Source of the DNA: Candidatus Latescibacterota bacterium
Lineage (GTDB): Bacteria > Latescibacterota > UBA2968
Length of the DNA stretch: 64,000 bases
Direction: 5' to 3'
Assembly (NCBI GenBank): GCA_965205975.1
Contig: OZ242195.1
Coordinates: 3,030,656 to 3,094,655, forward strand
Shown: piece by piece, positions 53,904 to 61,070 of the stretch
Numbering within the stretch: the first letter of the stretch is position 1
How the letters are laid out: the number at the start of each line of letters is the position of its first letter
Translations under genes and position numbers: made by a program
Notes under the pieces: model-generated
Seen by the model: the letters and a program-made list of their open reading frames with translations, nothing else
What the model was told of the DNA's origin: nothing
The model's database searches: none

Positions 53904-54137
53904 TTAATAGCCGTCATGTGCAAATACATACACATACCAAGAGGCCTGTTCTGGTCCTACCCCATTAGGGGGAGCTTCACAACCCCAAATTTTAGCGAGT
54001 CGAGTCACTTCTTGCTGGGCTTCCCTCTTAGAATTATAATGCGCCACAGTCTTCCAGTTTCTGAAGGAGCGGAACCTGGAACGCCAATATCGCTTTCGCT
54101 CGTCGGGATCCATCGTAATTCCAACTCGACAGGCCAT
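53904..54137 (-). CDS. Small basic hypothetical protein (77 aa) immediately 3' of the radical-SAM gene.
   Basis: ORF only, with reasonable codon usage. No recognisable family. Confidence 0.3.
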   Translation of the reverse strand: MACRVGITMDPDERKRYWRSRFRSFRNWKTVAHYNSKREAQQEVTRLAKIWGCEAPPNGVGPEQASWYVYVFAHDGY

Positions 54138-54154
54138 CTTTATCTCTTTATGGT

Positions 54155-55594
54155 TTACGAGGTTATTTCCAGATTATATCGTCGCTGCAACAAAGACGCA
54201 TCCTCTTCTGCAATCTCCATACACATCTCCATCGCCAGTTCATAGCGATAACGTGTCTGTTCACAAGCAACAGGGTTGGGGTACATCGGGTCCCCCGTCG
54301 TCGTCCGAGCATCCCAAAGACATCCACCACCACACAGATTGCGCGCCCAGCATGTCTTGCACTCTGGGCGATTATTCACATTGAACTGCGCGTCAAAATG
54401 CTGCTGCTTTTCGCGATCAATACCCACAAACACATCACCCATCTTAAACTCGGGTGCATCGGCCAGACTCGAGCAAAAATAAATTGATCCATCTGCTGCA
54501 ATAGCCAGATACTGCTTACCACCCAGGCATCCATGACAGGATTTTGCGCGCGTCAGCAATTTCTGAATCCGCGGATCAAACTCTTCACTCTCTTCACCAT
54601 TCAGAATAGCTTTGAGCGCACGGCGGCTCCGCCTGTAAATTTGTTGTTTCAAAACAGGTATGTGTTCTTCCCGAATGGCATAAGGCGCATCGGGGGAGAC
54701 AACCGCCGGACCGATGAGCGCGTTATCAGTACCCAATGAGCGCAAATCATCGGCAATCTCATCCTCATCCATATCATACGCTGTCATAATAGCTTGCAGG
54801 TACACGCGCTCAGGTGCCTCAGCAGTCAATTTCTGTACATTCTTTGCCACGACATCATAAGTACCAGAACCATTGTGAAACTTGCGAATACGGTCCTGTG
54901 TCTTACGTCCGCCATCCAGGCTGACTTTAATTTGAAACTTTTCATCGATCAAGAACTGCTTCATCTCGTCGGTCAACAGCGTGCCATTGGTCACAATGCC
55001 AAAACCAACCTGCACTCCCAGGCACGCGCCCAGAGATTTGGCAAATGGGACAAGCTCTCTCATCAATGGAAAATTCAGAAGCGGCTCCCCGCCAAAAAAA
55101 TCAATCTGGCACCGCCCCAAAGCCTGAGCTTCGGTGATGATCCAGCGTATCGATTGCTCGGCAACATCGGGTTGCATCAGCATCGCCTTACCGCCATAAT
55201 CCCCGCCATGTGCAAAGCAATAAGCACACTGAATATTGCATGTATGCGAAACGTGCAGCGACACCTGCAAACGATCTGTCTGTGATACCCCACAAGCTGC
55301 CACCCCTTCTGTCGTCGGCACCTGGGACACCAGAAGCAATGCACCATCCGCAATCAACCCCACCTGTGCCAATTCCTCAATAGCCTCGGCAATTTCCTCT
55401 GCCTCGTATTGATCGGCCAACGTCTGGACAACCTGTGAAGCAGATAAGCCCTCGCAACATTCTAAAATTGATTTGAAAAGGGGATCCAGTTCAAAAAACA
55501 GACCTGTCTCAATCTGATAGACAATCGGCTGATTTTGCTCTTCAGTTTGAAAAAGATGTATGTCGCATTTCTGAATGCATAGCATGCCAGGCAC
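54155..55594 (-). CDS. Radical SAM / SPASM-domain enzyme (peptide-modifying maturase or anSME-like).
   Basis: CNIQCAYC (CxxxCxxC) radical-SAM cluster motif. C-terminal SPASM cysteine array CHGCLGGKQY...FCSS...CKTCWARNLCGGGCLWD. 479 aa. Confidence 0.8.
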   Translation of the reverse strand: MPGMLCIQKCDIHLFQTEEQNQPIVYQIETGLFFELDPLFKSILECCEGLSASQVVQTLADQYEAEEIAEAIEELAQVGLIADGALLLVSQVPTTEGVAACGVSQTDRLQVSLHVSHTCNIQCAYCFAHGGDYGGKAMLMQPDVAEQSIRWIITEAQALGRCQIDFFGGEPLLNFPLMRELVPFAKSLGACLGVQVGFGIVTNGTLLTDEMKQFLIDEKFQIKVSLDGGRKTQDRIRKFHNGSGTYDVVAKNVQKLTAEAPERVYLQAIMTAYDMDEDEIADDLRSLGTDNALIGPAVVSPDAPYAIREEHIPVLKQQIYRRSRRALKAILNGEESEEFDPRIQKLLTRAKSCHGCLGGKQYLAIAADGSIYFCSSLADAPEFKMGDVFVGIDREKQQHFDAQFNVNNRPECKTCWARNLCGGGCLWDARTTTGDPMYPNPVACEQTRYRYELAMEMCMEIAEEDASLLQRRYNLEITS

Positions 55595-55613
55595 TCCTCA
55601 GAACAGATACAAT

Positions 55614-55790
55614 TTACTCAGGCTGATCAAAATTGTCCCAATCGTCATCATCAGGGAACGGCATGGGGGGAACAGTAATAGGATAAGGGGTACAGCCAAC
55701 TTCAAAACTATCCGTCGTCTGATATGTGCTAATACCACCCTCTTTATCCATTGTTCCATTGATCAAGATCAACTTGCGTCGAGTCGTCAT
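55614..55790 (-). CDS. Unannotated 58-aa ORF, putative precursor peptide for the adjacent radical-SAM/SPASM enzyme.
   Basis: GGAGGATAAT-ATG RBS. Translation MTTRRKLILINGTMDKEGGISTYQTTDSFEVGCTPYPITVPPMPFPDDDDWDNFDQPE. Ends 20 nt before the rSAM start codon. Below the 60-aa cutoff of the ORF track. Confidence 0.55.
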   Translation of the reverse strand: MTTRRKLILINGTMDKEGGISTYQTTDSFEVGCTPYPITVPPMPFPDDDDWDNFDQPE

Positions 55791-55849
55791 ATTATCCTCC
55801 TTAAATACAAAAATCTAAATGTCGTCATTGTCTTCGCTCCGTTTATATC

Positions 55850-55864
55850 GCAAGATCCGTGCCT
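55850..55864 (-). promoter_or_regulatory. Sigma-54 (-24/-12) promoter upstream of the peptide and rSAM operon.
   Basis: The minus strand reads AGGCACGGATCTTGC, which fits GG-N10-GC with TTGC at -12 (consensus TGGCAC-N5-TTGC). About 60 nt upstream of the peptide ATG. Confidence 0.55.
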
Positions 55865-55880
55865 AATAATGCATTAGCAT

Positions 55881-55920
55881 AAAAAAAAGCACTTAAAAAC
55901 TCTCAAGTGCTTGAAAAAAC
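55881..55920 (-). terminator. Rho-independent terminator downstream of the sigma-54 activator gene.
   Basis: On the minus strand, AAGCACUUGAGAGUUUUUAAGUGCUU followed by U8. Flanked by A/T runs on both sides. Confidence 0.6.
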
Positions 55921-55970
55921 AAGGAAATAAAATTTAAAAATTATTTGTACTGTAAATGCGGCATCCAGAT

Positions 55971-55999
55971 ATATGTGTACCTAATAGATACACATATAA
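55971..55999. promoter_or_regulatory. Palindrome ATATGTGTA-N9-TACACATAT, candidate enhancer (UAS) for the sigma-54 activator.
   Basis: Perfect 9-bp inverted arms about 110-140 bp upstream of the sigma-54 promoter, in an extremely AT-rich region. Confidence 0.4.
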
Positions 56000-56103
56000 C
56001 CGTTCATTTAGATAAAATATGCATAACCGATTGATTAATATAAAAATAAATTAAAGTGCATCTAAATGATACATTATTGTAAAATGATACACCCATTCAA
56101 CAT

Positions 56104-59100
56104 CTATCTCAACCCCAGACGATTCATCTTTCTATACAAGCTGGCGCGCACCAACCCCAGTTCTTCGGCCGTACGCTTAATATTACCCTCGTATTTTTCG
56201 AGCGCATCCATAATCAACCGTTTCTCATACTCCTGCATACTATCTTTTAAATGTCCCTGGTATTCGACAGAGACACCCGACATCGCGTGGCCGACAGCTT
56301 CCGAAAACAAATCGGGCGTAATTGCACCATCTTCTTCTACCAATGCAACCGCACGCCGAATCTCATTCTCCAACTCGCGCACATTACCCGGCCAGTTGTA
56401 ATTTGTAAGTGCCCTGATTGCACCTACTGTCAGCCCGCCAACCGACTTGTTTGCCTCTTCCTTTGCCCGAATGAGCAAATGTTCGGCCAATAACGGCACA
56501 TCTTCCATGCGTTCTCGTAAAGGCGGCATATCGATCTGAATCACGTGCAACCGATAATACAAATCTTCGCGGAAAGAGCCTTTTTCTACTTCTTTTTTTA
56601 AGTCTCGATTGGTCGCTGCAATAATGCGTACATCTACTGCGCGATCCTCTGTTTCTCCCACACGCCTAATCTCTCCTTCTTGCAACACCCGCAACAAACT
56701 CCTTTGCAATGGTGGCGGGGCATCGCCGATTTCATCTAAAAAGACCGTACCCCCATTAGCCGTCTCAAAAACCCCCTTATGATCTTCAGTCGCGCCAGTA
56801 AACGCCCCTTTTTTATGACCAAACAACTCACTCTGCAACAGCTCTGGTGAAAGGGCAGCACAATTTTGCGACAAAAAACGCTGGTCTTTACGTGTACTAT
56901 TGTAGTGTATGGAACGCGCAGCTAATTCTTTGCCAGTACCTGTTTTGCCTTGCACAAGCACGGGAATATCGCTTTTTGCCGCACGTTCTATAAGCCGGTA
57001 GATCGCCTGCATCGCATCACTTTGCCCAAACAGATCGCCAAGCTGGTGCTGTCTTTCGACCTCTTGCTGCAAATATCGCGCTTTCTCTTCCAATTGTTCG
57101 TACATCCTCGCATTGACCAGTGCTACACCCACCAGATTCGCAAATGCTTGTAAAAACGTCTGGTCTGCTTCAGAAAATGCGTTGCCTATGCCGCGATGAT
57201 CCACATATAGGGCACCCATTACACCTTCGCTAACATGAAATAGAGGCACACACAATACAGACCGAATGTTGTAGTCTATCACACTCTGATATTGATTTAG
57301 CCTATCGTCTGTTTGTGCATCAAGGCTCAAAACGGGTTCATTTGTTTCAATAACCCGACGAATAATACCCCCACTCAATTCTTCTGCATCATTCGATTCT
57401 AAATTGTGGTGGCGCACCACATCAACTACAAAGTCTTTTGGAGTCTCATTTTTAATCGCAACAATCACCCGCTCTGCTGAATAGACAGCCAACAAATTGC
57501 CCAAAGTTCCATCCAATAGCACCTTGACATCGTGCTCTGTTGTTAATTCCTGGCTCATATCATAGAGCAAATTCCAACGATCAACAGACAACGCACCAAC
57601 TGGAACCTCAGAACTGGATACGGTATCCTCACCGCGATGGAGCGTTGGAGCGGCATCCCTGCCGCGACCATCTTCGTCGCGAGATAATTGATTTAATAAC
57701 ACCTGTGTTTTCTCCAAAAAATAGGACATTTCCATTTCCTCAAACGCCTGTTTTGCCGCTTCGAGATGTGCTTGCGCTTTTGGCATATCATCGCGCTGGA
57801 GATAAAACTCCCCAGCCATCAGCAATGCCCGCGCCCAGTGGTCGCCTTTGGATTCTCTGCGACATTCAATTGCCTGCTCAAAAGCCTCTTCAGCCTCAGC
57901 AATTCGCCCTGCCTGAGCAAAAGCCGCACCAATACCGCAATATACCAGGGGCAATATGCCTGTGTACATACCCGATATTTGTTGCGTACCTTCTTTGGCT
58001 TTTTCAGCCCATTCAAGTGCTGTTTCACCATTTCCCATTCTCGCAGCAGCCGTTGCCGCAATTGCATAAGCGCGATAGATATAATCTTTTCGCGGTGTTT
58101 CCAAAAATCGCTCTGATGAAATCTCGGCATATTCCAATGCCTCGGCAAAATCATCGCGTTCCAGAGCCAATTCCCCAAGCCATAGGAAATTTGCTGCTTC
58201 CCAATACACACCCCCTCGCTTCTGCCACTCACCAATGACCTCATAACAAACGGCTTCAGCACCATTGAAATCCCCCAAATAAAAATAAATTCTTTGAAGT
58301 GCATTGAGTGCCCAAACGCGATGGTGCTCTAAACCAAGTTGTCTAAAGATCTTTACAACAGTTTCTAAATAGCCCTTAGCTGTCTCAAATCGAAATTCCA
58401 CTAATGCGGCCTGGCCTTCTCGTCCTTGTATAAAAGCCTGGTTTTGTGGATCTCCCGACTCACGGAGTTTCTCTATTTCCCGACGCATATACGCAATTGA
58501 TTCTTCGTGCCGACCAGACACATCACACAAATAAGACAAGCTGCTTAACGCCTGAATTTCGCCATCGAAATCACCGAGTTCACGATAAAGCTGCAATGCC
58601 TCCAGCATATATCCTTCTGCAATTTCACCATGTTGAAGTACGCTGTGAATCTCACCCTGGTCGTTTAAAATACGCGCTTTCAAATCTTTCCGATCAGCGG
58701 GCAATAATGCATTTGCTTCGTCTAAAAGTTTTAGTGCGCAATTGTATTCACTACAATTGCGAAACACATCTGCATAATCGCACAAAAAATCGATAGCATC
58801 TGCAGGTAATTCAAAAACGTCATCCGCTGTCCAGTCCCTCACTGCCTCGAACCGTCTCAATGCCTGGCGATACGCTTGTACCTCCAATGCTTTTTTACCC
58901 GCCAGACACATATATTTCACAGCCTTATCTCGTTCTTCTGCCGCCGCAAAATGATCCGCCAATTCTTCCGTCAATTCTTCTGCATCACCCGTCTCTTCCA
59001 GAGCATTGCCAATTTCTCGATGCAACAGACGCCGCCGCACATCTTGCATGCGGTCATAAATTGCACGCCGACACAAATCCTGTGAAAATCGATAGCGGTC

Positions 59101-60186
59101 TTCATCCTCTCCACAAGCAGCCAAAAGCCCTTCCGCAATCAAGTCATCCAGCATATCCAGCAATTCTAACTCATCACCGCGCCAAACTGCAGCCAATAAT
59201 TCGAAAGAAAAATCACTTAAAAAAACACAGGCGTATTCCAGCACCCGCTGTTGCATAGCAGGCAGGGTTGCTATGCGCCTGTACAAAACCTCTGAAAAGT
59301 CATTGGATAATAATGTTTCGGGAAACTCTCCCCACTGCCAATCGCCAGACACATCTTGCCGAACCACATCGGCATGCACCAGTGTCCTTATCGCCTCCAC
59401 GACAAACAGGGGTTGTCCGCCTGTTTCTCTGAACAGGGTTTGCAATGCATCCGACGGTATGGATCGCTCCCCTAACATCGACGCCGCTAAATATCCCACC
59501 TCTTCTTGTTGTAGATACTCCAACTGCATCTGGGTCGCTTCAGCAAATTCATTACTATGTATAAAATTCTCAATTTCCTCTGAAAGCGGTTCCAGATTAG
59601 ACCATCGGCAAGTCAGACATAACAAAAACGGGCACGGTTCTGGATCGCGCAACACATACTGCAAAAATTCCAGAGTCAATTCATCAAGCCATTGAATATC
59701 TTCCAAACACAACACAATGGGCTGTTTCTGTCGCAGACTTTTTAGTAACTGCAACCAGCGCTCCATAACAGAAAACTTGTCGGTCTCTAATGAATCGGGC
59801 AACTCTGCCATCAAATCCGTCGTCCCTTGAAAAGCCCTGATCAACGCACCGTATATTTGTCCGCCCTCTTCCTGCCCTGCGCCCTTCAAACATAGAAAAT
59901 CGTGGATCAGAGCGTCGCCCAACAGTTCTTCGGCCAGTCTCGATTTACCTACTCCCGCCTCACCCGAGATCAAAACCACGCGCTGCTTGCCAGCCTGTAC
60001 ATCCTGTAACATCGCACTCAGTATCTTCATTTCAGATTCCCGCCCGACAAATTGTGGGCGCACAACTTTTCTATGCACATCGCGCTGCTCGTCCTCCAGC
60101 AGCACAAGCTCCGATGGTAAGGCACGTACCAGTTCCTCTGCCGACTGATAACGATCAACACGCTCCTTTGCCAGCAACTTCAGCAC
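56104..60186 (-). CDS. Sigma-54-dependent transcriptional activator with a giant N-terminal sensor: STAND/AAA ATPase, TPR-like array, GAF, sigma-54 AAA+, Fis-type HTH. It is the C-terminal 1360 aa of a frameshift-split kinase fusion.
   Basis: P-loop VVLISGEAGVGKSRLAEELL. A long TPR-like helical-repeat region. GAF-like segment about residues 880-1030. Sigma-54 interaction domain VLVQGKTGTGKELAARSIHYNS...GAFTGA...GGTVFLDEIGD. C-terminal HTH IKRTAEELGLVRASLYRKMNRLGL. The first residues LKLLAKERVDRYQSAEELVRAL are the end of a protein-kinase domain. Confidence 0.75.
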   Translation of the reverse strand: MLKLLAKERVDRYQSAEELVRALPSELVLLEDEQRDVHRKVVRPQFVGRESEMKILSAMLQDVQAGKQRVVLISGEAGVGKSRLAEELLGDALIHDFLCLKGAGQEEGGQIYGALIRAFQGTTDLMAELPDSLETDKFSVMERWLQLLKSLRQKQPIVLCLEDIQWLDELTLEFLQYVLRDPEPCPFLLCLTCRWSNLEPLSEEIENFIHSNEFAEATQMQLEYLQQEEVGYLAASMLGERSIPSDALQTLFRETGGQPLFVVEAIRTLVHADVVRQDVSGDWQWGEFPETLLSNDFSEVLYRRIATLPAMQQRVLEYACVFLSDFSFELLAAVWRGDELELLDMLDDLIAEGLLAACGEDEDRYRFSQDLCRRAIYDRMQDVRRRLLHREIGNALEETGDAEELTEELADHFAAAEERDKAVKYMCLAGKKALEVQAYRQALRRFEAVRDWTADDVFELPADAIDFLCDYADVFRNCSEYNCALKLLDEANALLPADRKDLKARILNDQGEIHSVLQHGEIAEGYMLEALQLYRELGDFDGEIQALSSLSYLCDVSGRHEESIAYMRREIEKLRESGDPQNQAFIQGREGQAALVEFRFETAKGYLETVVKIFRQLGLEHHRVWALNALQRIYFYLGDFNGAEAVCYEVIGEWQKRGGVYWEAANFLWLGELALERDDFAEALEYAEISSERFLETPRKDYIYRAYAIAATAAARMGNGETALEWAEKAKEGTQQISGMYTGILPLVYCGIGAAFAQAGRIAEAEEAFEQAIECRRESKGDHWARALLMAGEFYLQRDDMPKAQAHLEAAKQAFEEMEMSYFLEKTQVLLNQLSRDEDGRGRDAAPTLHRGEDTVSSSEVPVGALSVDRWNLLYDMSQELTTEHDVKVLLDGTLGNLLAVYSAERVIVAIKNETPKDFVVDVVRHHNLESNDAEELSGGIIRRVIETNEPVLSLDAQTDDRLNQYQSVIDYNIRSVLCVPLFHVSEGVMGALYVDHRGIGNAFSEADQTFLQAFANLVGVALVNARMYEQLEEKARYLQQEVERQHQLGDLFGQSDAMQAIYRLIERAAKSDIPVLVQGKTGTGKELAARSIHYNSTRKDQRFLSQNCAALSPELLQSELFGHKKGAFTGATEDHKGVFETANGGTVFLDEIGDAPPPLQRSLLRVLQEGEIRRVGETEDRAVDVRIIAATNRDLKKEVEKGSFREDLYYRLHVIQIDMPPLRERMEDVPLLAEHLLIRAKEEANKSVGGLTVGAIRALTNYNWPGNVRELENEIRRAVALVEEDGAITPDLFSEAVGHAMSGVSVEYQGHLKDSMQEYEKRLIMDALEKYEGNIKRTAEELGLVRASLYRKMNRLGLR

Positions 60187-60961
60187 AATTTGTTGCGTCT
60201 CTTCGGGAACAGCGATATTGAACTTCGCCTATTGGTGGAGGTGACTCTCGAATATGCTTCATAATAACAGATATGGGATTTTGTCCAGAAAAGGGCGATG
60301 CGTCCGTGAGGACTTCGTATAAAATCACACCCAATGAGTACAAATCTGACCGATGATCCACCCACAACCCCTTACCCTGCTCTGGCGACATATATTCTGC
60401 CGTACCAATCGTTGCACCCGTCTGAGTAATGGAAGCACTGTGCAAATGTCTGAATTTCGCCAATCCCAGGTCCAGAATCGTGGTTTCAATCCCCTCTTTT
60501 GTCTCCAAAACCATAATATTGGATGGCTTGAGATCGCGATGCACTGCACCCTGAGCGTGGACATAAGCCAATCCATCGGCAATTTGTTGTATCAAGTCAA
60601 AAAAGTGAGACGTCCGGAATTGCTCTAACAGTACACGATCGGCAATAATTTTTTCCAATGTCTTTCCGGGCAAATATTCCATTGTAAAATAGGGACGGTC
60701 TTTGGCAAAGCCCCAGGTGTATGTGCGAACCAGACGCGGGTGCTGGAATCGGTTCAACACCTGAAACTCTCTGTGAAAACGACGGCGCACAGCCTGCTCA
60801 TCCATCATTTCATTCAAAATTTTGAGCGCGCAATCCCGATCTTGCTCCAGGTCCAAAACCCGATACACTTCACCCATGCCCCCGGCTCCCAGGTGCGCCT
60901 GGATCTGGTATCTTTTGTCGAGAATTGTGCCAATTTCGAACATACGCGTTATTCTTTGCAA
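60155..60961 (-). CDS. Ser/Thr protein kinase catalytic domain (Hanks-type), N-terminal part of the same gene as 56104..60186, across a frameshift.
   Basis: GAGGMGEVYRV...ALK (ATP-binding Lys), HRDLKPSNIM, DLGLAKF and GTAEYMSPEQ. The last about 20 residues of this frame are non-kinase-like. The kinase C-lobe end (AKFNIAVPEETQQIVLKLLAKERVDRYQSAEEL) continues in the frame of the downstream ORF. Confidence 0.8.
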   Translation of the reverse strand: MQRITRMFEIGTILDKRYQIQAHLGAGGMGEVYRVLDLEQDRDCALKILNEMMDEQAVRRRFHREFQVLNRFQHPRLVRTYTWGFAKDRPYFTMEYLPGKTLEKIIADRVLLEQFRTSHFFDLIQQIADGLAYVHAQGAVHRDLKPSNIMVLETKEGIETTILDLGLAKFRHLHSASITQTGATIGTAEYMSPEQGKGLWVDHRSDLYSLGVILYEVLTDASPFSGQNPISVIMKHIRESPPPIGEVQYRCSRRDATNCAEVAGKGAC

Positions 60962-61070
60962 GTTTTGATTGATATGTGAGATTAATAATGCGTAAGATTC
61001 AGAATTTTTTCAACCTTTTTGGCGACACGGGGCGCAGTTTGTTCTGTTGTATTTTTCAGACCCATCAATT

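Noticed and set aside
54155-55594. Interpretation of the rSAM/SPASM protein purely as an anaerobic sulfatase-maturating enzyme serving the window's two sulfatases.
   Set aside because: Not fully rejected, but several points argue for a peptide-maturase role. It sits in the low-GC island 20-30 kb from the sulfatases. It is co-oriented 20 nt behind a strongly translated 58-aa ORF and a sigma-54 promoter. An aerobic FGE is already present. It is retained as an alternative in the findings.
60962-61070. Possible tRNA or small RNA in intergenic regions (4255-4618, 25104-25369, 60962-61070).
   Set aside because: No cloverleaf-compatible segments (no acceptor-stem/T-arm GTTC patterns) were recognisable. 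The regions look like AT-rich promoter DNA with terminators. tRNA presence cannot be excluded without a tRNAscan run.
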